From: Candidatus Omnitrophota bacterium
GTDB taxonomy: Bacteria > Omnitrophota > Gorgyraeia > Tantalellales > Tantalellaceae
Direction of reading: 5' to 3'
Assembly: GCA_015231405.1 (NCBI GenBank)
Contig: JADGBR010000001.1
Span: forward strand, 91,964-155,963
DNA: 64,000 bases
In this document: piece by piece, positions 19,417 to 30,421 of the stretch
How positions within the stretch are numbered: the stretch's first letter is position 1
Layout of the letters: each line of letters begins with the position of its first letter
Notes under the pieces: model-generated
What the model was told of the DNA's origin: nothing
What the model saw: the letters and a program-made list of their open reading frames with translations, nothing else
Database searches by the model: none
Program-made: the position numbers and the translations under genes

Positions 19417-20195
19417 TCCTTGATAAAATAATTTCAAGTAAAAAAGATGAGGTAAGGTCCGCTAAAAAAGATATGCCTCTCGATTCGCTGAAAAAGAAAG
19501 CCATGTCACTGGGCGTAAAAAGCTCGTTCGCCGCCGGTATATCCAGGGAAGGCCATATTAACCTTATAGCGGAGATAAAGAAGAGCTCGCCGTCAAAAGG
19601 GATAATACGCGGCGATTTCGATCCGCTCATGATAGCCTGGGAATATCAGCAATCGGGCGCGAACGCGATAAGCGTTCTCACCGACGAAAGATATTTCGAC
19701 GGCAGGATCGAATACCTGAAAATGGTGAAAGAAAGGGTCGGCATACCTGTGCTCAGGAAGGATTTCATCGTGGACGAATATCAGATATATGAATCGGCCG
19801 TTTATGGGGCCGACGCGATACTCCTTATCTCGGGGATACTTGGTGACGCACAACTTAAAGAGTATCTCGCTATATCTTCGGCTGTCGGATTAGACGTGCT
19901 GGTAGAGACACATGACGATGAGGACCTTTCTAAGGCGATCAATTCGGGAGCCGGGATAATCGGGATCAATAACAGAGACCTCGAAACTTTCCATGTGGAT
20001 ATAAAGAACACGGAAAGGCTGATAGGTTCCATTCCCAAGGGGAAGATAATCGTTTCCGAGAGTGGGATCGAGAGCTACGAAGAGATACTGTTCCTGAAGA
20101 ATCTTGGGGTTAACGCCGTGCTCATAGGCGAGACATTCATGAGGGCCAATGATATAGAAAAAAAAGTGAAGGAAGTGATGAGCGGGGCGCGATAA
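19413..20195 (+). CDS. trpC: indole-3-glycerol phosphate synthase
   Basis: IAEIKKSSPSKG, ISVLTD, LRKDF, GINNRDL, SESGI. Confidence 0.96.
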   Translation: MILDKIISSKKDEVRSAKKDMPLDSLKKKAMSLGVKSSFAAGISREGHINLIAEIKKSSPSKGIIRGDFDPLMIAWEYQQSGANAISVLTDERYFDGRIEYLKMVKERVGIPVLRKDFIVDEYQIYESAVYGADAILLISGILGDAQLKEYLAISSAVGLDVLVETHDDEDLSKAINSGAGIIGINNRDLETFHVDIKNTERLIGSIPKGKIIVSESGIESYEEILFLKNLGVNAVLIGETFMRANDIEKKVKEVMSGAR

Positions 20196-20216
20196 AACCG
20201 GGGGTATATGAGTTTG

Positions 20217-20338
20217 TTGTCAGTGATCAGTTGCCGGTTTCCGGTTCAGGAAGATGGATCATTTGTAATTGGCTGGGGGAAAATAGCCAATATGAACAGA
20301 CAACGGGCAACGGACAACAGACAATAGGCAACTGACAT
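20217..20338. repeat. inverted heptamer array (TTGYCRG family)
   Basis: TTGTCAG TGATCAG TTGCCGG TTTCCGG (20217-20244); CAGACAA CGGGCAA CGGACAA CAGACAA TAGGCAA CTGACAT (20297-20338). Confidence 0.9.
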
Positions 20339-20980
20339 ATGGTGAAGGTCAAGATCTGCGGGTTAACTAATGTGGAAGACGCGATCGCCGCGTGCGAGGC
20401 CGGAGCTGATTATATAGGATTTCTTTTCGCCGAGGAGTCGCCGAGATTCATCGTGCGGGATAAAGTGAGAGGAATTACCGGAAGCGTTAAGATGAATGTC
20501 GGGAAGGTAGGGCTTTTTAAGGACCATGACGCCGCTTATGTAGCGGAGTCTGTTCAGCTATGCGGTCTCGACCATGTGCAGTTACATGGGAGAGAAACAC
20601 CGGAATATTGTTCTCTCCTAAGAAAAATGATCGCAAAGCGGGATATTACTGTGAAGATACTCAAAACATTCAAAGTGAAAGATAAGATAATGGGAGAGGA
20701 TCCCGAGAACTATAGCGATGTGGACCATTATCTTTTTGACACCTATCATCCGAAAATGATGGGAGGGACGGGTATCAAGTTCGATTGGGACGTTTTAAAG
20801 GGCCGTAATTTCGGAAGGCCTGTTTTTCTCGCGGGAGGGCTGGATCCCGAGAATGTACGTGAAGCGGTGATAGCGTTACGCCCTTACGCCGTTGATGTAT
20901 CCAGCGGTATAGAATCTTCACAGGGAAAGAAAGACGTAAAGAAGGTCAAGGAGTTCATCTACAATGCGAAAAACGCTTAA
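20339..20980 (+). CDS. trpF: phosphoribosylanthranilate isomerase
   Basis: [30 protein letters not shown]. Confidence 0.96.
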   Translation: MVKVKICGLTNVEDAIAACEAGADYIGFLFAEESPRFIVRDKVRGITGSVKMNVGKVGLFKDHDAAYVAESVQLCGLDHVQLHGRETPEYCSLLRKMIAKRDITVKILKTFKVKDKIMGEDPENYSDVDHYLFDTYHPKMMGGTGIKFDWDVLKGRNFGRPVFLAGGLDPENVREAVIALRPYAVDVSSGIESSQGKKDVKKVKEFIYNAKNA

Positions 20981-22157
20981 AGTTCCTGACAAGAACGGTT
21001 ATTTCGGCGATTTCGGCGGCAGGTTCGTCCCCGAGACTATTATGCCGGCGCTTTCGGAACTGGAGACCGCTTACAGGGATATATGCTCGAGCGCCGATTT
21101 TAGGAAAGAGTTTAATTATTATCTTAAAGATTATGCCGGAAGACCCACCCCTCTTTACTATGCGCATCAGCTCACAAAAGAACTTGGCGGGGCGAAGATC
21201 TACCTTAAAAGAGAGGACCTTCTGCATACGGGCGCGCACAAAATAAATAACACCGTAGGCCAGGGGCTGCTGGCCGTGAAAATGGGCAAAAAAAGGATAA
21301 TAGCAGAGACAGGAGCGGGTCAACACGGGGTAGCGACCGCTACTATTGCCGCGCTTTTTGGCCTTGAATGTGACGTGTATATGGGCTCGGAGGACATAAA
21401 GCGCCAGAGTCTCAATGTCTTCCGGATGAAACTTCTCGGAGCCCGGGTCATTCCCGTCGAAAGCGGATCTTGTACCCTCAAGGACGCCATGAGCGAGGCT
21501 ATGCGCGACTGGGTCACGAACATCAATGATACCTATTATGTAATTGGGTCGGTCGCGGGGCCGCATCCGTACCCGATGCTCGTCAGGGATTTTCAGTCGG
21601 TCATTGGTAAAGAAGCGCGCCAGGAAATACTGGAGAAAGAGCTGAAATTGCCCGCTTACCTTGTCGCATGTGTAGGGGGCGGGAGTAATTCCATGGGGCT
21701 TTTTTATCCGTTCCTCGGGGATAAGCGCGTTAAAATGATAGGTGTCGAGGCCGCTGGACTTGGGGTAGGGACCGCTCATCACGCCGCGGCTCTCGGGAAG
21801 GGGAAGGTAGGGATCCTTCACGGGAGTAAAAGCTATTTACTGGAAACCGACGATGGTCAGGTGAAGCTCGCTCATTCCGTTTCGGCCGGATTGGATTATC
21901 CGGGTGTCGGGCCGGAGCATTCCTATCTCAAGGATACCGGAAGAGTGAGTTATGTTTCTATAACCGATAAGGAAGCGATAAAGGCCGTAAAAGATCTTTC
22001 ATTAACGGAAGGGATAATTCCGGCGCTCGAATCGGCGCACGCTCTCGCATACCTTCCGAAACTGGTCCGTAAAGCCGGTAAAAAAGACGCTGTGATAGTT
22101 TGCCTCTCGGGAAGAGGGGATAAAGACCTTAACATAATCAGGGAATACACGTCATGA
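20964..22157 (+). CDS. trpB: tryptophan synthase beta chain
   Basis: [45 protein letters not shown]. Confidence 0.98.
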   Translation: MRKTLKVPDKNGYFGDFGGRFVPETIMPALSELETAYRDICSSADFRKEFNYYLKDYAGRPTPLYYAHQLTKELGGAKIYLKREDLLHTGAHKINNTVGQGLLAVKMGKKRIIAETGAGQHGVATATIAALFGLECDVYMGSEDIKRQSLNVFRMKLLGARVIPVESGSCTLKDAMSEAMRDWVTNINDTYYVIGSVAGPHPYPMLVRDFQSVIGKEARQEILEKELKLPAYLVACVGGGSNSMGLFYPFLGDKRVKMIGVEAAGLGVGTAHHAAALGKGKVGILHGSKSYLLETDDGQVKLAHSVSAGLDYPGVGPEHSYLKDTGRVSYVSITDKEAIKAVKDLSLTEGIIPALESAHALAYLPKLVRKAGKKDAVIVCLSGRGDKDLNIIREYTS

Positions 22158-22963
22158 ACAGGATAGATCTGACATTTGAACGATTAAGGAAAGAAGGTAA
22201 AAAGGCGTACATCCCCTATGTGACGGCGGGCGACCCGGATATGGCCGTCTCCGAGAAGATAATACGTTCGCTGGCGTTATCCGGGGCCGATATCATAGAG
22301 ATAGGCATACCTTTCTCCGACCCGATAGCTGACGGTCCGACAATACAACGGGCTGTTACGCGCTCTTTATCCGGCGGCTGTACGGTAAAAAAGGTCATGT
22401 TCATGGCCCGCCGTCTCCGGAAAAGTATTCTAGCGCCTTTCGTTTTCATGACATATTACAATATTATCTTTAACCACGGGGTCGAGAAGTTCGTGAAAGA
22501 TTCCATCGCGAACGGAGTTGACGGCGTTATCGTTCCTGACCTTCCGCTTGAGGAATCGAAGGAACTGGCCGATATTTCCAGGAAGGCGGGATTTTCTCTT
22601 GTCGCTCTCGCGGCGCCGACCACGTCCCCGGAAAGATTCAAAAAAATATCGTCCATGGCCGGAGGGTTCATCTATTATGTTTCTTTGACGGGTGTCACGG
22701 GTGCTAAAGCGGCGGAAGCCGCCGAGATAGGACGGAAGGTAAGAGGCCTTAAAAAGGTTACGGATAAACCTGTTTGCGTCGGGTTCGGTGTATCCGGCCC
22801 GGCACTCGCCCGCGAGATAGCCGCTTCGGCAGATGGGGTGATAGTCGGGAGCGCTTTGATAAAACTTATCGAGAAGGATCCCGATAATAAGGGAAGGATG
22901 CCGCGGGAAATAGAGATGTTTTCCCGTTCTATCGCAGAGGCAGTGCATTCCGTAAGAAAATGA
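22154..22963 (+). CDS. trpA: tryptophan synthase alpha chain
   Basis: [33 protein letters not shown]. Confidence 0.97.
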   Translation: MNRIDLTFERLRKEGKKAYIPYVTAGDPDMAVSEKIIRSLALSGADIIEIGIPFSDPIADGPTIQRAVTRSLSGGCTVKKVMFMARRLRKSILAPFVFMTYYNIIFNHGVEKFVKDSIANGVDGVIVPDLPLEESKELADISRKAGFSLVALAAPTTSPERFKKISSMAGGFIYYVSLTGVTGAKAAEAAEIGRKVRGLKKVTDKPVCVGFGVSGPALAREIAASADGVIVGSALIKLIEKDPDNKGRMPREIEMFSRSIAEAVHSVRK

Positions 22964-23391
22964 GAATACTCGGACTGGATATGGGGACTAAAAGGATAGG
23001 CGTGGCGCTTTCCGACGAAATGGGGATGCTTGCCCAGGGGAAGGGATTCATTATTAGAAAAGGAACAGGTCCTACGCTCAAAGAGATAAGGGATATCGTG
23101 CTGACTGAAGGAGTGATAAGGATAGTCATCGGACTGCCGCTTAATATGGACGGCTCCGAAGGAGAAAGAGCTAAGGACGCGAGATCCTTCGCTCTCATTG
23201 TGGAAAAGGATACGGGTAAAGAGGTGATACTCTGGGATGAAAGGCTCAGCACGAAGGAAGTGGAGGATATTATGATCGAAGCCGATCTCTCAAGGAGAAA
23301 GCGTAAAGGCCTGGTCGATAAAATGGCTGCGCAGGTGATACTGCAGGGGTATCTTGACTTTCAAAATGCGTCCCGTGAGTTAGCCAACTGA
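22960..23391 (+). CDS. ruvX: YqgF/RuvX family RNase H-fold nuclease
   Basis: LGLDMGTKRIGVALSD, IVIGLPLNMDG, WDERLST, DKMAAQVILQGYL. Confidence 0.93.
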   Translation: MRILGLDMGTKRIGVALSDEMGMLAQGKGFIIRKGTGPTLKEIRDIVLTEGVIRIVIGLPLNMDGSEGERAKDARSFALIVEKDTGKEVILWDERLSTKEVEDIMIEADLSRRKRKGLVDKMAAQVILQGYLDFQNASRELAN

Positions 23392-23462
23392 CACGCATTT
23401 TAAAAATATATAAATTTAGATCGTGCCCTCATTTTAGTTCAGCACGATCTAAAAGGAGGATA

Positions 23463-24731
23463 ATGTATTCTGAGAACAAGTTAGCTAATGGTTTGAAGGT
23501 GATAGTATCCCCCATGCCCCATATGAATTCCGTATCGATCGGAGTTTGGATAGGCGTTGGCGGGAGGCATGAAAACACTGCCCAGAGCGGTATCAGCCAT
23601 TTTATCGAGCACATGGTCTTTAAAGGAACCCTTCTGCGTTCGGCGAAAGAACTTAAGGAATCGGTTGAAGGCGTTGGCGGCGCGCTTAACGGGTTCACGT
23701 CCGATGAGGTGACCTGTTATATGGTCAAGGTCCCGGCTAGATATTTTGAGAGCGGCATGGATATACTCACGGATATGGTATATAACCCTAAATTCGACGA
23801 AGAAAGTATCGTGAACGAAAAATTCGTAATATGCGAAGAGATCAAGATGTATAAGGACCAGCCAGCGGAGCATGTCCACGAAATACTCGAGGGAGTGATG
23901 TGGCCGGGTAATCCAATGGGCCGGCCTCTTACCGGTACCATCTCCACGGTCAAGTCTTTTAAGAGGGATGACATAGTCAAGTTCAAGAAGAAGTATTATT
24001 CCCCTTCGAATATCGCGGTGGTCGTCGTAGGAAAGATAACGACGAAAGAGGTCATGAAATATGTTTCCCGCCTCTATAAGGGCGACGCTCAAAAGACGCC
24101 GGGCTACTATCCCGTAAAACTGTCCCAAAAAGACCTGAAGGTGGCTATTTCCCGCCGGAAGACAAAACAGATGCATCTCGCTATCGGGTTCCCTGTAAAG
24201 AACACATCGGAGAATGACAAGTTCGCGTCGCAGCTTACAAGTGTAATACTGGGCGGGAACATGTCCTCACGCCTGTTCGAGGAACTCAGGGAGAAGAAAG
24301 GCCTCTGTTACGACATTGCCTCCAGCTTTAAATATCATAAAGATATAGCCGAGTTCGTGATACACGGCGGGATCGACCGGGGCAAATTCCATATAGCCCT
24401 TTCGGGGATAATTGACGAGGTCATCAAACTGAAGGAGCAAGGCGTTAAAGAAGATGAGCTCATAAGGGCGAAAGAATTCGCTAAAGGCCAGTTCCAACTC
24501 GGGCTCGAAAGCACTTCCAACAGGATGATATGGCTGGGAGATAAGATAATGGTCGATGGGAAGATCCCGGATATAGAACATATCCTTAGTTCTCTTGATA
24601 AGGTCACCTGCCTAGACATTAAATCGGTCTCCCTGAGGATTTTCTCGCGTTCGATGGCTAATCTGGCGGTCATCGGGGATCTTGCCGAGAAGGATAAGAG
24701 CTGGATGATAAGAGACCTGGAAAGGTTATGA
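23463..24731 (+). CDS. M16 (pitrilysin) family peptidase
   Basis: Inverted zinc motif HFIEHMVFKGT, NGFTS, SSRLFEELREKKGLCY. Confidence 0.93.
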   Translation: MYSENKLANGLKVIVSPMPHMNSVSIGVWIGVGGRHENTAQSGISHFIEHMVFKGTLLRSAKELKESVEGVGGALNGFTSDEVTCYMVKVPARYFESGMDILTDMVYNPKFDEESIVNEKFVICEEIKMYKDQPAEHVHEILEGVMWPGNPMGRPLTGTISTVKSFKRDDIVKFKKKYYSPSNIAVVVVGKITTKEVMKYVSRLYKGDAQKTPGYYPVKLSQKDLKVAISRRKTKQMHLAIGFPVKNTSENDKFASQLTSVILGGNMSSRLFEELREKKGLCYDIASSFKYHKDIAEFVIHGGIDRGKFHIALSGIIDEVIKLKEQGVKEDELIRAKEFAKGQFQLGLESTSNRMIWLGDKIMVDGKIPDIEHILSSLDKVTCLDIKSVSLRIFSRSMANLAVIGDLAEKDKSWMIRDLERL

Positions 24732-25819
24732 AAAATTCCCTGAGGATAGCGCGGTTCTTTGGCATAGATATAGAGTTGCACCTGACATTTTTAGTTCTTC
24801 TGGTCTTTTTTTTATCCGTTATGGGGATAAAGGGGATATTGCTGGTAGCCGGCGTCTTTATTTGCGTAACGACGCATGAACTTTCGCATAGCCTGGCGGC
24901 GCGATATTTCGGTATGAGGGTGAGGAAAATAACCCTTTTACCCATCGGGGGAATAGCCTCGGTATCAGGATATCCCCGGACGCCCAGGGCGGAGATGCTG
25001 ATAAGTTTCGCCGGGCCTCTTTCAAATATCCTCATAATGGCGGTTTTCTATTTCCCTTTATATTTTTACCTGGGCGCGGACAAGTTCTTTTCCACGCTGA
25101 ATATAATTAGGGGCAGTTCGGAAATAGCCGGGATCAAAGATCTTATCATGTATGTGTACTGGCTGAACATGGTCATCGCTGTATTCAACCTTATGCCGGC
25201 GTTCCCGATGGACGGGGGAAGGATACTCAGAGCCTGGCTCTCTTACCGTTGCGGCCGTGAAAAAGCCACTAAAATAGCGGTAAGGACAGGCCATATATTC
25301 GCCCTTTGTTTCGCTTATCTGGGCATTGTGTACGGCCATATATTTCTTCTCATAATCGCCGTTTTTGTGTATACTTCGGCTACGGGGGAAGAAGAGAGCG
25401 TGAGCGTTGAGGAATATCTCGTCAGGTTCAGGGTGGGCGACGTGATATCCCGTAAGGCAGTGTGCCTATCGCCGGAAATGACTCTATCGGATCTTTACGG
25501 ACAGGTCCTTTCCAGCGATCAGGAGATCTATCCAGTATTGTCCGAAGGCGGGTTCAAGGGGATATTTATGAAGGACGATATTTTTAAGTCATACCGCGGG
25601 GATAAGGCGGCTATAAAGGTACGGGACATTATGACCTGTGATCCCATGACGGTAAAGGCTGAAGACCGTTTGGATACGGCGCGAAAATTGATGATCGAGA
25701 CGAAGAGCGGTGCGCTTACGGTGCTTAACGAAGGGTCTGTCACCGGGATAGTCACAATGAACGACATAATGAGGGCTTATCTAATGGCGAAAGAGCTGGG
25801 GGAGGGGAAAGGCTTATGA
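24728..25819 (+). CDS. site-2 protease (M50) with tandem CBS domains
   Basis: HELSH, AGPLSN, FNLMPAFPMDGGRILR, transmembrane segments, C-terminal CBS pair. Confidence 0.92.
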   Translation: MKNSLRIARFFGIDIELHLTFLVLLVFFLSVMGIKGILLVAGVFICVTTHELSHSLAARYFGMRVRKITLLPIGGIASVSGYPRTPRAEMLISFAGPLSNILIMAVFYFPLYFYLGADKFFSTLNIIRGSSEIAGIKDLIMYVYWLNMVIAVFNLMPAFPMDGGRILRAWLSYRCGREKATKIAVRTGHIFALCFAYLGIVYGHIFLLIIAVFVYTSATGEEESVSVEEYLVRFRVGDVISRKAVCLSPEMTLSDLYGQVLSSDQEIYPVLSEGGFKGIFMKDDIFKSYRGDKAAIKVRDIMTCDPMTVKAEDRLDTARKLMIETKSGALTVLNEGSVTGIVTMNDIMRAYLMAKELGEGKGL

Positions 25820-26460
25820 AAAGAGTGCTTATTGCTCCAAGCATTCTTTCCGCGGATTTCGGCCGATTGGCCGAAGAGATAGGGATGATAGAACGCGCCG
25901 GAGCGGATTGGGTCCATATAGACGTAATGGACGGGATGTTCGTCCCGAACATAACCATAGGGCCCGTGGTCGTCAGGTCCATCAGGAAAACAACTAAACT
26001 TGTTTTTGACGTTCATCTCATGATAGAAGACCCGGGGCGATATGTGGGTGATTTCGCCGACGCCGGATCAGATCTGATAACCTTCCACATAGAGGCATGC
26101 AAAGATCCTGTTTCGATCATCGGGAAGATACGTGATAAAAAGAAGAGGGCCGGTATCTCCATAAAACCAGGTACGGATATTTCCCGGTTAAAAGGACTTC
26201 TGGACAAGGTTGACATGGTGCTTATAATGACAGTAGAGCCTGGATTCGCCGGTCAGGCTTTTATGGAAGATATGATGGACAAAATAAGCACAGTGAGGAA
26301 AAATTATTCCGGGCTGATACAGGTCGACGGAGGTATAAACGCCGAAACGGCAAAGACCGCGATCTCTGCCGGCGCTGATGTTCTTGTGGCGGGATCGTAT
26401 GTTTTCGGAACAAAAGATTATGGGGCGGCTATTCGTAAAGTTAGGGGTGATTTTACGTAA
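25816..26460 (+). CDS. rpe: ribulose-phosphate 3-epimerase
   Basis: IAPSILSADF, HIDVMDGMFVPNITIG, DVHLM, VDGGI. Confidence 0.97.
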   Translation: MKRVLIAPSILSADFGRLAEEIGMIERAGADWVHIDVMDGMFVPNITIGPVVVRSIRKTTKLVFDVHLMIEDPGRYVGDFADAGSDLITFHIEACKDPVSIIGKIRDKKKRAGISIKPGTDISRLKGLLDKVDMVLIMTVEPGFAGQAFMEDMMDKISTVRKNYSGLIQVDGGINAETAKTAISAGADVLVAGSYVFGTKDYGAAIRKVRGDFT

Positions 26461-26508
26461 GACGTAAGACGTAGGACGTGGGACGTCCTACGTCTTACGT
26501 CCTATGTT
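26454..26508. repeat. inverted heptamer array (GACGTRR family), no spacer
   Basis: TACGTAA GACGTAA GACGTAG GACGTGG GACGTC CTACGTC TTACGTC CTATGTT. Confidence 0.9.
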
Positions 26509-26546
26509 ATTCAATCATTAGCGGTCTAACAAAACGGAGGGAAACA

Positions 26547-27971
26547 ATGGCGCGGATCAAGTTTGGCACTGACGGATGGAGGGCGATAATAGCCGAGGAT
26601 TTTACTTTCGAAAATGTCGGAATAGCGGCTCAGGCAATAGCGGATTTCATTTTATCGAGGGAGGAACCTCTCTATAAAAAGAGAACAGCGGTAGTGGGAT
26701 ACGACACGAGGTTCCTGTCCGATAAATTCGCCGAGACCGTTTCTTCCGTATTGGCGGCCAACGGCATAAAGGTCATACTTTCGCATGAGCCGTGTCCGAC
26801 CCCTGCCGTAAGTTTCTTCATAAAGGACAGGGAGCTAACGGGTGGAGTCATGATAACAGCCAGCCATAATCCCCCGCAGTATAACGGGGTGAAATATAAG
26901 GGCTATTTCGGCGGTTCCGCGGGTAGCGACATCATCGACGATATTGAAACCCGGCTGTACAAGACCCCTGTCAAACAAATTCCTTTCGATGACGCGGTTA
27001 AAAATAAAATGGTACTGGTCCAGGACATTATAAAAGACCAGCTGACCTTCATCAAGAAATACGCCGATATGAAACTTTTGAATAAGAAAAAGCTCAGAGT
27101 GCTTGTCGATTCGATGTTCGGTACCGGGGCCACATATCTTGGTGATCTCTTATCGAAAACAAAGATAGAAGTGGATTACATCCATACTGACATGAACCCC
27201 GGGTTCCTTGGGAACGCTCCGGAGCCCAACGGTAAACATCTTGTTGAGCTTATGGAAAAGGTCAAGAGAGGGAAGTACGACCTCGGGGTCGCGACCGACG
27301 GTGACGCGGACAGGGTCGGGATAGTGGATAACAAAGGGAATATTCTTACGGGCCATAAGGTCATGTCGCTCCTCCTTTTGCACCTTCTGGAGAACAGGAA
27401 GATGCGTGGAGGGGTCATCCAGACGATATGCGGGACAGGTCTCATAACGAAGATGTGCAAAGAGTACGGTGTAAAGGCTTATGAGACTCCAGTCGGGTTC
27501 AAGTATATTTGTGAGCTTATGGTAAAAGAGGATATTCTTCTCGGCGGCGAGGAAACAGGGGGCATAGGTTTTAAGAATTATATCCCCGAAAGGGACGGTT
27601 TCCTTTCGGCCCTTCTGATAATGGAACTTATAATAAGCATGAAAAAGCCACTTTCCGAGATCCTGAAATGGGTCGACAGGAAATACGGCAGCTATGTGTA
27701 CGAAAGGGAGGATATCCTCTTCCCGGAGGAAAAAAGGAAGGCTATCATGGACGGGCTCAAGGATAAGCCCATAAAGAGCGTTTTAGCGAGGCCCGTGGTC
27801 GAGATAAACGGCGCCGACGGGTATAAATTCATCTGCGATGACGGCAGCTGGCTTCTTATAAGGCTTTCCGGAACTGAGCCGAAATTGAGGATATACAGCG
27901 AGACTTCATCGTCAAAAAAGTCTCTCCAGTATATTAAGGCCGGAAAGGATTACGCGTTCTCTCTATTTTAA
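26547..27971 (+). CDS. phosphoglucomutase/phosphomannomutase family protein
   Basis: KFGTDGWR, TASHNP, DGDADR, GEETGG, RLSGTEP; RBS GGAGG before ATG 26547. Confidence 0.94.
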   Translation: MARIKFGTDGWRAIIAEDFTFENVGIAAQAIADFILSREEPLYKKRTAVVGYDTRFLSDKFAETVSSVLAANGIKVILSHEPCPTPAVSFFIKDRELTGGVMITASHNPPQYNGVKYKGYFGGSAGSDIIDDIETRLYKTPVKQIPFDDAVKNKMVLVQDIIKDQLTFIKKYADMKLLNKKKLRVLVDSMFGTGATYLGDLLSKTKIEVDYIHTDMNPGFLGNAPEPNGKHLVELMEKVKRGKYDLGVATDGDADRVGIVDNKGNILTGHKVMSLLLLHLLENRKMRGGVIQTICGTGLITKMCKEYGVKAYETPVGFKYICELMVKEDILLGGEETGGIGFKNYIPERDGFLSALLIMELIISMKKPLSEILKWVDRKYGSYVYEREDILFPEEKRKAIMDGLKDKPIKSVLARPVVEINGADGYKFICDDGSWLLIRLSGTEPKLRIYSETSSSKKSLQYIKAGKDYAFSLF

Positions 27972-27984
27972 CGCTGAAAAGATT

Positions 27985-29784
27985 ATGGAAAAACTGTCAA
28001 AGATACGTAACTTCTGCATAATCGCGCATATCGATCACGGGAAATCGACGCTGGCGGATAGGTTCATACAGATAACGAACACAGTCGAGAGCAGGGTTTT
28101 CCGCGACCAGTTCCTTGACAATATGGACCTCGAGAGGGAACGGGGCATTACGATAAAATCCAGCGCGGTAAAGATCAATTTCCGTTCAAAGGACGGGAAC
28201 CAGTACCATCTTAACCTCATAGACACTCCCGGGCACGTCGATTTCTCGTACGAGGTATCGAAAGCCATCGCGGCATGCGAAGGGGCCATAATCCTGGTTG
28301 ACGCGGTACAGGGGATCGAAGCTCAGACGCTCGCTAATCTCTATCTTGCCATGGAGCATGACCTTGTTATTATCCCTGTGATAAATAAGATAGATCTCAG
28401 GAACGCGCGAGTCGATGACGTAAAGCTCCAGATTATAGAACTGATGGGAGTCGAAGAGAATGAGATCCTTCTTGTTAGCGCTAAAGAGGGCATGGGGATC
28501 AGCGATGTGCTCGAAGCCATAGTCCAACGGGTGCCGGCTCCCAGAGGGATAATCGGGGAACCGCTCCGAGCGCTCATATTCGATTCTTCATATGATAAAT
28601 ACAGGGGTGTCATAGTATATGTGAGGATCATGGACGGTCTCATCCGCACGGGAGCCATGATAGAGATGATGAACAGGCGCTCAAAGTATGAGGTGAAGGA
28701 GGCCGGCATATTCACGCCGCTAGAGGTCCCCGTTGAAGAACTCGGCTGTGGAGAGGTTGGTTATATCATCTGCAATATCAAGGACGCCAGTGAAGTAGAA
28801 GTTGGCGACACCATAACCGACGTCACCAACCGGGCGAAAGAAGCTCTCCCGGGGTACAAGAAGGTGAAGCCGATGGTTTTCAGCGGCATTTACCCGGTTT
28901 CTAACGAGGATTATGAGGCGCTTAAGGACGCGGTTGACAAGCTGAGGTTATCGGACCCGTCGTTCATATATGAGCCTGAAACTTCGGCGGCTTTGGGATT
29001 CGGATTCAGGTGCGGGTTCCTCGGGCTTTTACACATGGAAATAATCCAGGAGCGCCTGGAAAGGGAATTCGATCTTAACCTTATCCTGACCAGCCCAAGC
29101 GTTAAATATAAGGTGAAGCTGGCCCACGGGGACCTAATAGATATCGATAACCCTACAAAATATCCCGATCCGGAAAAGATCGAATATGTCGAGGAACCTT
29201 TCGTGAAATGCCATATTTTCGCTCCCTGCGAGTCTTTAGGGGGGCTTATGAAATTATGCGAGGGAAAGAGAGGCGAATATATAAGCACCAAATATCTTGA
29301 CCCGACCAGGGTACACCTAACTTACGATATTCCACTCGCGGAGATAGTAGTGGATTTTCATGATAAGATCAAATCATCCACACAGGGGTACGGGTCGCTG
29401 GATTACGAGTTCATAGGGTACAGAAAAGCCGATATCGTTAAACTTGAGATCCTTATCAATTCCGAACCCTGCGATGCGCTTTCCAATATCGTACACCGGG
29501 ATAGAGCCAGGACAAAAGGCCTCGAACTTGTTTCTAGCCTAAAGGAAAGTATCCCTAAACATCTTTTTAAAATAGCCCTTCAAGCCGCCATCGGCGGGAA
29601 TGTGGTCGCGAGGGAGGACATTACCGCGCTAAAAAAACATGTCACGGGGAAATGTTACGGAGGGGATATAACAAGGAAGAGAAAACTGTGGGATAACCAA
29701 AAAGAGGGTAAGAAGAAAATGAGGCGGATCGGCAGTGTGGATGTGCCGAAGGAAGCTTTTCTTAAAGCGATGCGGGTAGCGTAG
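27985..29784 (+). CDS. lepA: elongation factor 4
   Basis: IAHIDHGKSTLADR, ERERGITIK, DTPGHVDF, GFRCGFLGLLH, KCYGGDITRKRKL. Confidence 0.98.
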   Translation: MEKLSKIRNFCIIAHIDHGKSTLADRFIQITNTVESRVFRDQFLDNMDLERERGITIKSSAVKINFRSKDGNQYHLNLIDTPGHVDFSYEVSKAIAACEGAIILVDAVQGIEAQTLANLYLAMEHDLVIIPVINKIDLRNARVDDVKLQIIELMGVEENEILLVSAKEGMGISDVLEAIVQRVPAPRGIIGEPLRALIFDSSYDKYRGVIVYVRIMDGLIRTGAMIEMMNRRSKYEVKEAGIFTPLEVPVEELGCGEVGYIICNIKDASEVEVGDTITDVTNRAKEALPGYKKVKPMVFSGIYPVSNEDYEALKDAVDKLRLSDPSFIYEPETSAALGFGFRCGFLGLLHMEIIQERLEREFDLNLILTSPSVKYKVKLAHGDLIDIDNPTKYPDPEKIEYVEEPFVKCHIFAPCESLGGLMKLCEGKRGEYISTKYLDPTRVHLTYDIPLAEIVVDFHDKIKSSTQGYGSLDYEFIGYRKADIVKLEILINSEPCDALSNIVHRDRARTKGLELVSSLKESIPKHLFKIALQAAIGGNVVAREDITALKKHVTGKCYGGDITRKRKLWDNQKEGKKKMRRIGSVDVPKEAFLKAMRVA

Positions 29785-29820
29785 AAAAAAACGATCAACA
29801 TCAAAGTTAAAGGGAGAGAC

Positions 29821-30417
29821 GTGAAATTCTTTGACGGAAGGAACTGGGAATACTGGTGGGAGGAATGGATAAAGCCTATAATAATAGCCGCTATACTGGC
29901 GCTTTTTATAAGGACGTTCATTATCCAGCCTTTCAAGATCCCTTCAAACTCGATGTTCCCGACGCTTAAGCCCGGCGACAGGATATTCGTGAGCAAGTTC
30001 ATCTATGGCGCTAAAATACCGTTCACTAAGTTCAGGCTTCCGGAAATGAGGGAACCCAAGACGGGCGATATAGTCGTTTTCTTATCGCCAGTCGAAAAAA
30101 AGAAATTCCTCGTGAAACGATATATAGCAGGCCCGGGGGATACCGTCCTCATAAACGACGGCCAGATCTATCTGGACGGTAATCCTGTGGATCAGCCTCC
30201 GATAGATAAATTCACCTATTATAACCGAGGCCAATACGCCATAAAGGACGAGTTGATAACGGTCCCTGAAGACAATTTCTTTGTTCTGGGCGACAATAGC
30301 GCTAATTCGCTCGATTCCAGGTACTGGGGGTTCGTGCCATTTGAAAAGTTGGTTGGCAAGGCTTTTGTGATACATTGGCCGCTAAACAGGATACGTCTTT
30401 TGCGCGACGGGGAGTGA
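29821..30417 (+). CDS. lepB: signal peptidase I
   Basis: IPSNSMFPTL, VKR, GDNSANSLDSRYWG. Confidence 0.95.
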   Translation: MKFFDGRNWEYWWEEWIKPIIIAAILALFIRTFIIQPFKIPSNSMFPTLKPGDRIFVSKFIYGAKIPFTKFRLPEMREPKTGDIVVFLSPVEKKKFLVKRYIAGPGDTVLINDGQIYLDGNPVDQPPIDKFTYYNRGQYAIKDELITVPEDNFFVLGDNSANSLDSRYWGFVPFEKLVGKAFVIHWPLNRIRLLRDGE

Positions 30418-30421
30418 CCAT

